DNA of 64,000 nucleotides from the human T2T-CHM13v2.0 reference genome, Homo sapiens. The stretch is taken from the NCBI RefSeq assembly GCF_009914755.1, contig NC_060932.1. One strand, given 5' to 3'. The notes below the pieces were generated by a model. It did not search any database. It was not told where the DNA came from and saw only the letters and a list, made by a program, of their open reading frames with translations. Positions 51,235 through 64,000 of this stretch are shown here, one piece after another (the first letter of the stretch is position 1; every line of letters begins with the position of its first letter). The position numbers were made by a program, and so were the translations under genes.

Positions 51235-52630
51235 TTTTTTTAATTCCAACTTTTAAATTCAAGGGTACATGTACAGGATGTGCAGGTTTGTTACCTAGTT
51301 AAAAGTGTGCCATGCTGTTTAGCTGCACATATCATTCCATCACATAGATATTAAGCCCAACATCCTTTAGCTATTCTTCCTGATCCTCTCCCACCTCCCA
51401 CTCCTCCAACCTCCAACAGGCTCCAGTGTGTGTTGTTCCCCCATGTGTCCATGTGTTCTCATCATTCAGCTCCCACTTATAAGTGAGAATATGTGGTATT
51501 TGACTTTTTGTTCCTGCATTAGTTTGCTGAGGATAATGGCTTCCAGCTCCATCGATGTCCCTGCAAAGGACATAATCTCATTCCTTTTATGGCTGCATAG
51601 TATTGCATGATGTATATGTACCACATTTTCTTTATCCAGTCTATCTTGGTGGCCATTTAGGTTGATTCAATGTCTTTGCTATTGTGACTAGTGCTGCAAT
51701 AAATAAATGTGTGCATGTGTCTTTATTACAGAATGATTTATATTCCTTTGGGTATATAGTTAGTAATGGGATTCATGAGTCAAATGGTATTTCTGCCTCT
51801 AAGTCTTTGAGGAATTGCCACACTGTGTTCCACAATGGTTGAAGTAATTTACACTCCCATGAACAGTGTAAAAGCATTCCTTTTTCTTTATAACCTCGCC
51901 AGCATCTGTTGTTTATTGACTTTTTAATAATAGCAATTCTGACTGATGTAAGGTGCTATCTCATTGTGGTTTCGATTTACATTTCTCTAATGACCAGTGA
52001 TGTTGAGCTTTTTTTCATATTTTTGGCCACATATTTTTTTTTTTATGAGAAGTGTCTGTTCTTGTCCTTTGTCCACTTTGTAATGGTTTTTTTTTTCTTG
52101 TTAATTTGTTTATGTTCCATGTAGATGCTGGATAGTAGACCTTTGTCAGATGGGTAGATTGCAAAAATTTTCTCCCATTCTGTAGGTTGTCTGTTTACTC
52201 TGTTGATCATTTATTTTGTTGTGCAAAAGTTCTTTAGTTTAATTAGTCAATTTTTGGTTTTGTTGCAATTGCTTTTGGCATCTTTTTCATGAAATCATTG
52301 CCCATGTCTATGTCCCAAATGGTACTGCATAGCTTGTCTTCCAGGGTTTTTCAGTTTGGGGTTTTACATTTAAGTCTTTAATCCATCTTAAGTTTTGTAT
52401 ATGGTGTAAGGAAGGGGTCCAGTTTCATTCTTCTGCTTATGGCTAGCCAGTTCTCCCAGCACCATTTATTAAATAGGCAATCCTTTCCCCACTGCTTGTT
52501 TTTGTTCGATCAGACAGTTGTATGTGTGTGGTCTTATTTCTGGGTTCTCTATTTTGTTGTATTGGTTTGTGCGTCTGTTCTTGTACCAATACCATGCTGT
52601 TTTGGTTACTGTAGCTTTGTTATATAGTTT
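51235..52630 (-). mobile_element. L1PA 3' fragment (mid-age)
   Basis: GGGTACATGTACAGGATGTGCAGGTTTGTTAC 3' end; ORF2 remnant to about 52630. Confidence 0.88.
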
Positions 52631-54557
52631 GTTGTACAGATTATTTCAACATCCAGGTATTAAGCCTAGTACCCATTAGTTATTCTTTCTGATCCTCTCC
52701 CTCCTCCTACCCTCCATCCTCTGATAGGCTTCAGTGTGTGTTGTTCCATGTGTCTAGGTGTCCATGTGTTCTAGGCGTCCATATGTTCTCATCATTCTAG
52801 GTGTCCATGTGTTCTCATCATTTAGCTCCCACTTATAAGTGAGAACATGTGGTATTTGGTTTTCTGTTCCTGTGTTAGTTTGCTAAGGATAGTGACCTCT
52901 AGCTCCATCCATGTCCCTGCAAAGGACATAATCTCATTCTTTTTTATGGCCACATAGTATTTAGAATGATTTATATTCCTTTGGGTATATACCCAGTAAT
53001 GAAATTTCTGGGTCTAATAGTATTTCTGTCTTTGGGTCTTTGAGGAAACACCACGCTGTTTTCCACAATGGCTGAACTAATTTACACTCCCACCTGCAGT
53101 GTATAAGTGTTCCTCTTTCTCCACAACCTCTCCAGCATCTGTTATTTTTTGACTTTTTAGTAATAGCCACTCTTACTAGTGTGAGATGGTATCTCACTGT
53201 GATTTTGATTTGCATTTCTCTAATGATCAGTGATGTTGAGCTTTTTCTCATATGATTGTTGGCCACATGTATTTCTTCTTTTGAAAAATGCCTGTTCGTG
53301 TCCTTTGCCCAATTTTTATGGAGTTGTTAGTTTTTGTCTTCTAGTAAATTTCCTTAAGTTCCCTACAGATGCTAGATATTAAACCTTTGTCAGATGCATA
53401 GTTGGCAAAAATTTTCTCCCATTCTGTAGATAGTTTACTCTATTGAGAGTTTCCTATGCTGTGCAGAAGCTCTTTAGTTTAATTAGATCCTATTTGTCAA
53501 TTTTTGGTTTTGTTGCAATTGCTGTGGCATCTTCATAATGAAATCTCTGCCCCTGCCTATGTCCTGAATGGTACTGCCTAGCTTGTCTTCCAGGGATTTT
53601 ATAGTTTTGAGTTTTACATTTAAGTCTTTAATCCATCTTGAGTTAACTTTTGTGTATGGTATAAGGAAGGGGCCCTGTTTCATTCTTCTGCTTGTGGCTA
53701 GTTATCTCAGCATCATTTATTAAATAGAGAATTCTTTCCCCTTTGCTTGTTTTTGTTAGGTTTGTTGAAGGTCAGATAGTTGTAGGCCTGTGGTATTATT
53801 TCTGGGATCTCTATTCTGTTCCATTAGTCTAGGTGTCTGTTTTTCTATCAGTACCATGCTGTTTTGGTTACTGTAGCCCTATAGTATAGTTTGAAGTCAG
53901 GTAGCAACCATGATGTCTCCAGCTTTGTTTTCTTGTTGTTTTCATTTTTTGTTTGTTTTTTGCTTACAATTGCCTTTCTAGTCAGTCTCTTTTGTGGTTC
54001 CATATGAATTTTAAGATACTTTTCTCTAGCTCTGTGAAGAATGTAAATAGTAGTTTAATAGCAGTAGTACTGAATCTATAAACTGCTTTGGGCAGCATGA
54101 CCATTTTAACAATATTGATTCTTTCTGTCCATGAGCATGGGATGTTTTTCCACTTGTTTTTATCATCTCTGATTTTTTTGAACAGTGGTTTGTGATGCTC
54201 CTTGTGGAGATCTTTCACCTCCCTAGTTAGCTGCATCCTAGGTATTTTATTCTTTTTGTCACAATTGTGAATGTGAGTCCCTTTATGACTTGGCTCTTGG
54301 CTTGATTATTGTTGGTGTATAGGAATACCAGTGATTTTTGCATATGATTTTGTATTCTAAGACTTTGCTGAAATTGTTTATCAGTTTAAGACGTATTTGG
54401 GATGAGATTGTGGGGTTTCTAGAGATAGTATCATGTTATCTGCAAACACAGATAGTTTGACTTCTTCTTTGGATGCCTTCTTTCTCTTGCCTGATTGCCT
54501 TGCTAGAACTTTTAATAGTATGTTGAATAGGAGTGGTGAGAGAGGGCATCCTTATCT
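52631..54557 (-). mobile_element. Second L1PA 3' fragment, directly abutting the first
   Basis: ORF2 remnant ORFs 52961-53266 ([18 protein letters not shown]), 53483-53683 and 53982-54236. Confidence 0.88.
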
Positions 54558-54718
54558 AGAGCCACTTTTAAGGAGATTTTCCTCCTGTTTACTCTTTTGC
54601 ACTGTTCTGATGACAACTTTGCTGTAATTCTTACCTTTTCCTCACTATGTAATGTATCTTCCCCATTCCTGGGCACTTTTAAGATATATTACTTTGGGTT
54701 TTGATATATTAGGGGGTC

Positions 54719-55030
54719 TGTATTAGATTTCCAGGGCTGCCATAACAAAATACCGCAAACTGAGCACTTGATCAACAGAAATGTATTACTTCACAGTTCT
54801 GGATAAAATAGAGTTCTGAAATCAAAATGAACAGAGTGGTTCCTCTTGAGGGCTGCGAACGACAATCTTTTCTCTGCCTTTGCCCTAGCTTCTGGTGGTT
54901 TGCTGGCAATCTTTGGCATTTCTTGGCTTATGGATGCATTACCCCAATATTTGCCTTTCTGTTCACATGAAGTTCTTTCTGTGTCTCTGTCACTTTATCT
55001 AAATACCTTCTTTTTATAAGAGTGCCATTT
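54719..55030 (-). mobile_element. MLT1-type MaLR LTR (partial)
   Basis: TGTATTAGATTTCCAGGGCTGCCATAACAAAATACC...CACAGTTCTGGA. Confidence 0.8.
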
Positions 55031-55502
55031 ATGCTGGAAGTGCAAGACCATATTTCCCTCTCTGATCTAGTATCAAAAGTCTAGCTTTTGGTTTTTGTAT
55101 CTTGCCCCAAAACATGATGGTCAGCCTAGATATCATTCCTCATATTCTGCTCTGGCTTTAACTCCTTTCAAATTCTGACACTGTAACTTTTAAGCATATT
55201 TATTACAGGATAATAGGAAAGGATACTTATTAGTTTATTTTTTCATATTGCCAATTCTGTGTTTTCAGTCATATACATACAAACATGTACACAATCTTTT
55301 TTCTTTTAGTTATGCATTACACAGATTTTCTAGTTATACATTTAAATGATACAGAAAAATTAGACATGTTCTCAGATTTTTGTTTGTAATGATTAAAGAG
55401 CTAAGAAATATATCATTATTTATTTATCAAAGATAAATAATATGAAAAACACTTTGAGTCCACACTGTTAGCAAGCATTTTTTAATATCTTCTCACTTCA
55501 AA

Positions 55503-55831
<329 letters not shown>

Positions 55832-56556
55832 TGACTCTCTGGCTTCTGTCCTGTCATTTCTTCACTTTAGTCATTATACACAACTTTTCGGTAGGTCCAC
55901 ATTCCAGCCCCCTATATGTATACATAATGTTGGGTCATTTCCCATACTTTGTATCTCAGCCTAAATATAAATTTCACAAAGAAGATGTTCTAACTACCTT
56001 ACTTAACTACCTTATTTTATACCCCTCCATAAAATTTTCTATTGGAGTACTTTATTTTCTTAAAAGCATGTGTAACAATCTATTTTTACATAGAAAGTTT
56101 ATTGCAGATTACTGTTGTCTTTCTCTCTTTCTATAATATAAGCTATAGATGTGAACAAAGTCCTTTTCTTTCATACATGCCACTGTATTCCTACCATCTA
56201 TCATAATGCCTGACACATGAGTACACTGAATTGATATCTATTCATTGGATGAACTGATTCAATGAGAAAGTGAAATAAACATGTTGTATTGTATCAGAAA
56301 TACCACCTGTTCAAAGCTATAGAATTTTGGCGTGCAAAATTTAAAACCAGAGACTATCATAGTTTGATTACTTGTTTCATGCTTCTTAATCAATAAATTA
56401 CGGCAGATAAATAAATGGCATACCAAAATAATTGTTGTGAAGTATGCTTAACATAAGAAGTATTAAAATAGAAAATATGATAGGAGTAAAAATATTTCAA
56501 GTTATTACTTTTATTTTCACACATAATAATTTTCTTTTTCATGTCTTTTATTTTAG

Positions 56557-56693
56557 TATCCAGATGCAATAGGTTTGGAGGGATTTTCGGTTATTATAGC
56601 TCAACTGCTTGGCCTTAATGTAGGATTAACATATGATGACATCACTCAGTGTTTCTGTCTGAGAGCTACATGCATCATGAATCATGAAGCAGT
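56557..56693 (+). CDS. ADAM18: ADAM18 exon (inferred exon 11), degenerate zinc-binding region and Met-turn
   Basis: ttttag|TAT...GCAGT|gtaaga; 137 nt; YPDAIGLEGFSVIIAQLLGLNVGLTYDDITQCFCLRATCIMNHEA(V). Confidence 0.96.
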
Positions 56694-57474
56694 GTAAGAT
56701 GTTTTCTTAATTAATTTCATTTATATTTTTATAAGGTTGTTTCCAAAATGTGATAATGTTTTTAAACTTTTATATTCGACACCACATCAATGGCTAGAAA
56801 GTTACATCATGCTTGTAAAGTTATCACACAAAAATTATGTATACTTAGGGATATATACTATAGATTGATCTATATCTTTGTCTGTGCACACACATACACA
56901 TCACTGACATCGCATTCATATTCTTTCTTGTCATGCCCAACTTTTAAGCAGAGGTTTCAAAACTTAGTTGCTTTGTAACCATCTTAAACAAAAGTCTTAT
57001 TTTGTAAACAATATTTTTAATTTTCAGTTGTTGGAAATTATATACTCCAGGTAGAAGATAACTTCTGAGTCCATATCTATTTATACACTAATTTTGTGTG
57101 AAGAGATTTTAGTGCTCAGTATTTGTAGCTTTTTGCATGAGAGTGTCTTGCAAAAGTATGGTAATACTTATTCCTATTAAAACAAAGTATTTTAAAATAA
57201 TAGAGACAATCTGATTAAATAACATTATTCTGTGTAATATTCCTCTTACTTTTTCATATTTGTTCCACAACAAATGGCTGTTAAAATAAGCTAAGGCATT
57301 TCTTTTTGCTCTTAAACTTTCAACTCTGAAACTTTAGAAACTATACATTTCTTTCCTTGGAGGCTTAAAGGACTACCCAGAACCTCTGTCATCTCAGATT
57401 TTGCTCTTTAAGTATTGCTATCTGAGACGATTGTCTAACATAGTGCTATAGTGCTGTCTAATACATGATTGTCT

Positions 57475-57735
57475 ACCTTGGTGCTATCCAATAGAAATAA
57501 AATGTGAGTCACATATGTAATTTTAAATTTTCTAGAAGCAATTAAACATAATGAAAATTAAACATAATTTTATGTTTTAATTAAACATAATTAAAAACAA
57601 TTAAAACAATTAAAATAATCAGGTGAAATTAATTGTGGTAATATATTTTAATGATATATTTTATGTAACCCAATAGATCCAAAATATTATCACTTTAACA
57701 AGTAACCAAAATAAAAATTGTTAATTGGTTATGTT
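57475..57735. mobile_element. MER33-like hAT element fragment
   Basis: GTGCTATCCAATAGAAATAAAATGTGAGTCACATATGTAATTTTAAATTTTCTAG. Confidence 0.7.
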
Positions 57736-58201
57736 CTATTCTAGTGTGTATGTGTATTTGTGTTGGGTATGGATGGTGAGAGAAAGAACAGAGTCCAGGG
57801 TCACACCAATGCTATCAGCCTTTAGCAACTGAAAGAATGGAGTATTCAGCAACTGAGAACAGACATGGTTGTCATAAGTAGTTCAATATCACATACAGTA
57901 TATTTGAAATGTGTGTTGTGCATCTATTAGACATTTCTCCTAGATATACTAGTGGAAATATACATGTGAACATGTAAATAAAGATCTCCCCGGGACTTAT
58001 ATTTTAGTGTGAAACTTAGGTAATATGAGATGAAATTTTGAAAATAAAAATTAATGAAGCTTATTTTTACATAATGCAAAAGTGCTGTATAGAAAAATAT
58101 TGAAAGTAGAAGGAGAATGAAGAGGGGGCACAATTTAAGATAGTGTTGTCAAGAAGGATCTCTCTGGAGGGTAACATTTGAGCAGACATCTGACTGAAAT
58201 G

Positions 58202-59213
58202 TGAAGGGGTGGCCTGCCCCTCCACACCTGTGGGATATCTCGTCAGGTGGGACGAGAGACTGAGAAAAGAAATAAGACACAGAGACAAAGTATAGAGAAA
58301 AACAGTGGGCCCAGGAGACCGGCACTCAGTATACCAAGGACCTGCACCGGCACCGGTCTCTGAGTTCCCTCTGTTTTTATTGATTATTATTTTCATTATC
58401 TCAGCAAGAGGAATGCGGTAGGAGAGCAGAGTGATAATAAGTAGAAAGTCAGCAAAAAAAAAAAAAAAAAATCTGAGCAAAAGAATCTATGTCATAATTA
58501 AGTTCAAGGAGAGGTACTATGCCTGGATGTGCACGTAGGCCAGATTTATGTTTCTCTCCTCCCAAACATCTCAGTGAAGTAAAGAATAACAAGGCAGCAT
58601 AGCTGCCAACATGTCTCGCCTCCCGCCATAGGGCGGTTTTTCTCCTATCTCAGAATTGAACAAATGTACAATCGGGTTTTATACCGAGACATTCAGTTCC
58701 CAGGGGCAGGCAGGAGACAGTGGCCTTCCTCTATCTCAACTGCAAGAGGCTCTTTTACTAATCCACCTCAGCACAGACCATTTACGGGTGTCAGGCTGGG
58801 GGACGGTCAGGTCTTTGTCATCCCACGAGGCCATATTTCAGACTATCACATGGGGAGAAACCTTGGACAATACCCGGCTTTCCAGGGCAGAGGTCCCTGT
58901 GGCTTTCCGCAGTGCATTGTGCCCCTGGTTTATTGAGTCTAGAGAATGGCGATGACTTTTACCAAGCATACTGCTTGTAAACATTTTGTTAACAAGGCAC
59001 GTCCTGCACAGCCCTAGATTCCTTAAACCTTGATTCCATACAGCACATGTTTTTGTGAGCTCAAGGTTGGGGCAAAGTGGCTGGGGCAAAGTTACAAATT
59101 AACAACATCTCAGCAAAGCAATTGTTTAAGGTACAGGTCAAAATGGAATTTCTTATGTCTTCTCTTTCTACATAGACAGAGTAACAGTCTGATCTCTCTT
59201 TCTTTTCCCTACA
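58202..59213 (-). mobile_element. HERV-K(HML-2) solo LTR, LTR5A-like
   Basis: Minus strand TGTAGGGAAAAGAAAGAGAGATCAGACTGTTAC...GGCCACCCCTTCA; 1012 bp; TSD AAATG at 58197-58201 and 59214-59218. Confidence 0.93.
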
Positions 59214-59563
59214 AAATGAAGGAAGAAAGCTTGAACTATATAACAGAAGAGCACACTATGCAGAGGGAACAATAGATAGATGGTTAGATATAGAGATATG
59301 TAAATGCATAGATATAGATACATAGATTTAACCACCATACCTTATTGCATTACCTTGATGAGAAAATAGGTTTTTAATGCAATTTTTTAAGAGAATGTTA
59401 AACATAAGCAATATTAAAATTTAATTATCCTTGGTTGAATCTCTGCTAAAGTATAAATTTTGGGGTGGCCATCTTGTGATTTACATGATTATGTATGGAG
59501 TGTTGTTTAGATGTGGTTTTATTAGCAAGGCTTATTTGCCTGAGGAATATTATTTTATTTTAG

Positions 59564-59747
59564 GAGTGCCAGTGGTAGAAAGATTTTTAGCAACTGCAGC
59601 ATGCACGACTATAGATATTTTGTTTCAAAATTTGAGACTAAATGCCTTCAGAAGCTTTCAAATTTGCAACCATTACATCAAAATCAACCAGTGTGTGGTA
59701 ATGGGATTTTGGAATCCAATGAAGAATGTGACTGTGGTAATAAAAAT
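59564..59747 (+). CDS. ADAM18: ADAM18 exon (inferred exon 12), end of metalloprotease-like domain and start of disintegrin domain
   Basis: ttttag|G AGT...AAAAAT|gtgagt; 184 nt; SASGRKIFSNCSMHDYRYFVSKFETKCLQKLSNLQPLHQNQPVCGNGILESNEECDCGNKN (FSNCS and CGNG.LE..EECDCG motifs). Confidence 0.97.
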
Positions 59748-61079
59748 GTGAGTAACAAAGATTGAAACTCGAGCACAATTTTTATGTTTCTGATAAAACA
59801 TAAGACATGTTTGTCATGGTATATATAAATGATATATGCAACAATGCCATTAATTTATAACTGAAATATGAGAAACAGGATGAGTTAAGATGTATAAATC
59901 ACGTTCCCACAACTCTTAAACTGAGAAGGCAAGTCTGTCATTAACACTAGGTTTGCATTACTGTTGCCAATCATGCCAGCAGATTGATTTTGAATATATT
60001 GGCTAAATGAAGTCCTTTTTATTATACACATCTCAGTTCCTAACTCATTTGGCTTCATTCTCTATTTTCTCTACAAACTTTTACTAAATGTGATCCAAAT
60101 TTTTCCCTATCTCTTGTTCTTGCAAGAATTGCTAAACATTATAATGAGGTTTTTAAATCCTTCTCAGACATTCCTGCATTTACAAATTTTTGAATGACCA
60201 AAATTTGTTTTATTTATTCATTTTAAAATATATGTATATACCCGATTATAATTTCATCAATCAAATGTTCAATGAACATTATTTTCAACAGGTGAGATGA
60301 CATACTTAATCTATTTTAAATGTTATTATCTTATAATATTTAACAATTTGTCTCTATTTCAATAAAGTTTCTTCATGATTTATCCCCCAACAGTTACACG
60401 AATTCCTCCTCCCTACATAAACAGCTGTCACCACATTTTAACATACCATTAAATTCTCTCAATTCTTTTAAGTCATCCTATATTTCACAAGGTAAAACCT
60501 ATATGTATGAGGCTGTGTGTATCTCTATATGTGTATATACACACACATATATCACACTTAAATGTATGTAGTACATATATAGTACACACACACATACATG
60601 TATATATATATATATATGTTTCCAATTATCTCATATTTTCCCATGCTGTCTTAGTTTTCTGATAAGCTGTACTGTGCTCATCTTGCAGTCTCCTACCCCT
60701 AAATATGGTATCATTTACTGCCAATAAATACTAGCTATTTTTTATGAATCATAAAATAAAGCAACACAATCTGGGGCTAGGTTTTCACATTTTGGGTTTC
60801 TACAACTATAGAATGTAGGCAGATTGACACTAAGAGCAGATATAGCCAGTGTCCCATCAGTATTCCCTTTATATTTGCTGTTCCGGCAGTATTTTTGTTT
60901 CAAATATCAGAGACATTCTGCTGGAGTGTGCTTCCTGTTACCTCAGTGGTATGTGCATCCATTAGCAGGGTGGGCTCAATGTGCTTGGAAACTAATGACC
61001 AGCCATCAGATAATTATGATGGTGAGTACCAGATTCCTTTCTCCTTTGTGAGGAAATTCTCGGAGGCATTTTCTATATC

Positions 61080-61292
61080 ATAGTTCTTTAACTGTGGCCA
61101 GTTGGTTAAATCCAGCTGCCGCCCGCCTCTTCTTGTAAATGAAGTTTTATTGAAATACAGCCTTGCCCATGTGTTTGAATGTTGTCCATGCTGCTTTTGT
61201 GCTATAATAGCAGAGGTAAATAGTTGCAACAGATACTATATGACAAGCAAGTCTGGAAATAATATTTGATTTTTTACAGAAAACGTTTGTTA
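61080..61292. mobile_element. MER58A-like hAT MITE
   Basis: TTGTAAATGAAGTTTTATTGAAATACAGCC...AGTTGCAACAGA...TTTACAGAAAACGTTTG. Confidence 0.8.
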
Positions 61293-61529
61293 ATCAAAAG
61301 GGAATTTATTGAGTAATTTGAACTATATGAAAGTTAAATGAAATGAAAACCAAGACATTTCAGAAAGATTCTATACAGAATCTGTGATAACACTCCTGAC
61401 ATCAGAGGCCCTGAAACACCATTACAGTTATCACAGATTCTATATTCAGTCACTTTGAAAACCAATTGTAGGCTTTTTGTAAAATAAATAAAGTTATAAA
61501 TTTCTACTAATAGCAGTGAAGAAAAAATT

Positions 61530-64000
61530 TCTTATGCAATACTAAGAAATAAAAGGTATCAAATTCAGAAAAGAAGTTAAATTGTCTCTGCAGATGACTT
61601 GATCATATATATAGAAAACCCTAGTGTCCAACAAAAATTTACAACTAATAAATAAATTCAGTAAAGTTGCAGGATACAAAATCAATATACAAAAATCAGT
61701 AGCTCTTCCTACACTAACAACAAACTGTATGAAAAAGAAATCAAGAACACAGTCTCATTTACAATATCTACAAAAAATAAATACTTGGGAATAAATTTAA
61801 CCAAGGTGATGAAAGATCTGTATACTGAAAACTATAAAGCATTGTTGCAGGAATGAAAGGAAACAAATTAATGGAAAGATAAACCATGTTCAAGAGCTGG
61901 AAAAGTTAATATTGTTAAAATATCTATAGTGGCTAAAGTGATCTACATGTTCAATGTAATCTCTATCAAAATCCCAATAACATTTTGCACGAAAATAGAG
62001 AAACAATTTTCAATTTTGAAGGGGTGGCCTCCCCCTCCACACCTGTGGGCGTTTCTTGTCAGGTGGAATGAGAGACTTGAGAAAAGAAAGAGACACAGAG
62101 ACAAAGTATAGAGAAAGAAAAGTGGACCCAGGGGACTGGTGCTCAGCATACAGAGGACCTGCGCTGGCACCAGTCTCTGAGTTCCCTCAGTATTTATTGA
62201 TCATTATCGGGCGTTTCTCAGAGAGGGGGATGTGGCAGGACAATAGGGTAAGAGTGGAGAGAGGGTCAGCAGGAAAACATGTGAACAAATGTCTCTGCAT
62301 CATAAACAAGGTAAAGAAAAAAGTGCTGTGCTTTTGATGTGTATATACATAAACATCTCAATGCCTTAAAGAGCAGTATTGCCGCCAGTATGTCTCACCT
62401 CCAGCCCTAAGGCAGTTTTCTCCTATCTCAGTAGATGGAATATACAATCGGGTTTTACACCAAGACGTTCCATTGCCCAGGGACAGCAGGAGACAGATGC
62501 CTTTCTCTTATCTCAACTGCAAAAAGGCCTTCCTCTTTTACTAATCCTCCTTAGCACAGACCCTTTACGGGTGTCGGGCTGGGGGACGTTCAGGTCTTTG
62601 CCTTCCCACGAGGCCATATTTCAGACTATTACATGGAGAGAAACCTTGGACAATACATGGCTTTCCTAGGCAGAGGTCCCTGCGGCCTTCCGCAGTGTAT
62701 TGTGTCTCTGGGTACTTGAGATTAGGGAGTGGTGATGACTCTTAACAAGCATTCTGCCTTCAAGCATTTGTTTAACAAAGCACATCCTGCACGGCCCTTA
62801 ATCCATTTAACCTTGAGTTGACAGCACATGTTTCAGGGAGCACAGGGTTGGGGGTAGGGTACAGATTAACAGCATCTCAAGGCAGAAGAATTTTTCTTAG
62901 TACAGAACAAAATGGAGTCTCTTATGCCTACTTCTTTCTACATAGACACAGTAACAGTCTGGTCTTTCTTTTCCCCACAAAATTTATAAGAAACCACATA
63001 AGACCTTAAAACCCAAGCAATTCTGAGTGAAAAGAGCAAAGTTGGAGGCATCACAATACCTGACTTCAAAATATACTATAAAGCTATAGTAATCAAAACA
63101 GCATGATAATGACATAAAAACACATAGATCAATGAAACAAAGAGCCAAAAATAAATGGACACATTTATAGTCAATTGATTTGTGACAATAAAGATGTTTA
63201 CTAACTGGATATTCACATGTAGAAGAACAAAATTAGACTCTTGTCTCACAAAATATAAAAAACCAATGCAAAATGGACTAAAGACTTAAAACTAAGACCT
63301 GAAACTATAAAATTATTAGAAGAAAATATAGGAAAAAGCTCCACAACATTGGATCTGGCAATGATTCATAAATATGACACCAAAAACACAGACAGCAAAA
63401 GCAAAAATATAGAAATGGAATTATATCTAACTAAAAAGCTTCTACACAACAAAGGAAACAGTCAACAAAGTAAAGAGAGAACTTAAGGAATTAGAGGAAA
63501 TATTTGCAAACTATACATCTGATAAAAGGTTAATATAAAAATATATAAAGAACTCCAACCACTCAATAGCAGGAAAACAATCCAGTTAAAAATGGGCAAA
63601 GGACCTGAATAGACATTGCTCAAAATAAGACAAACAAATGGACAACAGGTATATGAAAATATGCTCAAAATCACTAATAATCACAGTAATTCAAATTAAA
63701 ATCAGAAAGAGATATTACCTCACACCTGTCAGAATACGATCATCAAAATAGATGAATGGTAACAGATGTTGGTAAGGGTGTGGAGTAAAGGAAACCTTTG
63801 CACACTATGATGGAAATATAAATTAGTACAGCCATTACAAAAACAGTATGGAGGTTCATCAAAAACTTAGAACTTCATATAATCCAGTGATCCCATTACT
63901 GGATATATATTCACAGGAAACAATAGCAGTATGTTGAAGAGATGTCTGCACTTTCATTTTAATTTCAGCCTTGTGTACAATAGCCAAGGAATCAACCTAA
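61530..64000 (+). mobile_element. L1MA-like ORF2 remnant, interrupted by LTR5, running off the window
   Basis: GCAGATGACTTGATC (ADD RT motif), CAGTAAAGTTGCAGGATACAAAATCAA, etc. Confidence 0.85.
62017..62979 (-). mobile_element. HERV-K(HML-2) solo LTR, LTR5B-like
   Basis: Minus strand TGTGGGGAAAAGAAAG...GGCCACCCCTTCA; 963 bp; TSD CAATTT/AAATTT at 62011-62016 and 62980-62985. Confidence 0.93.

Noticed and set aside
59431-59751. 106-aa ORF overlapping exon 12 (likewise 49640-49831 and 40556-40969 over exons 10 and 7)
   Set aside because: Different frames from ADAM18, no recognisable motifs; TTG starts or low-complexity sequence
58202-62979. Single HERV-K provirus that captured a host exon
   Set aside because: Each LTR has its own TSD, the subtypes differ, and no PBS, PPT or gag/pol/env sequence lies between them

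Overview
AT-rich, repeat-dense primate genomic DNA, most likely human, lying entirely inside one gene on the + strand. Ten GT-AG exons (17539-59747; 1098 nt, 366 codons) splice into one uninterrupted frame, MIYIITIDGQPYTLHLGKQ...CGNGILESNEECDCGNKN. I recognise this from memory as roughly residues 45-410 of ADAM18 (tMDC III), a testis-expressed, catalytically inactive ADAM of the 8p11 cluster. The window covers the prodomain, the pseudo-metalloprotease domain and the start of the disintegrin domain; exon numbers 3-12 are inferred. None of the true exons appears in the supplied ORF track, whose ORFs are almost all L1, Alu, LTR or Tigger remnants. The introns are stacks of L1s of several ages, Alus, MaLRs, Tigger/MER DNA transposons and four antisense ERV solo LTRs (LTR7-, MER11D-, LTR5A- and LTR5B-like). 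I found no evidence for a new biological system. The best leads are: (1) a read-through/intronic-polyadenylation unit after exon 6 that would give a prodomain-only protein; (2) two co-oriented HERV-K LTR5s bracketing exon 12; (3) an exon-10 acceptor with no polypyrimidine tract; (4) a MER2-type fragment abutting the exon-8 acceptor; (5) a tail-to-tail inverted Alu pair; and (6) several templated micro-duplications. Repeat subfamily calls come from recalled consensus sequences, not a database search, and old-repeat boundaries are approximate.
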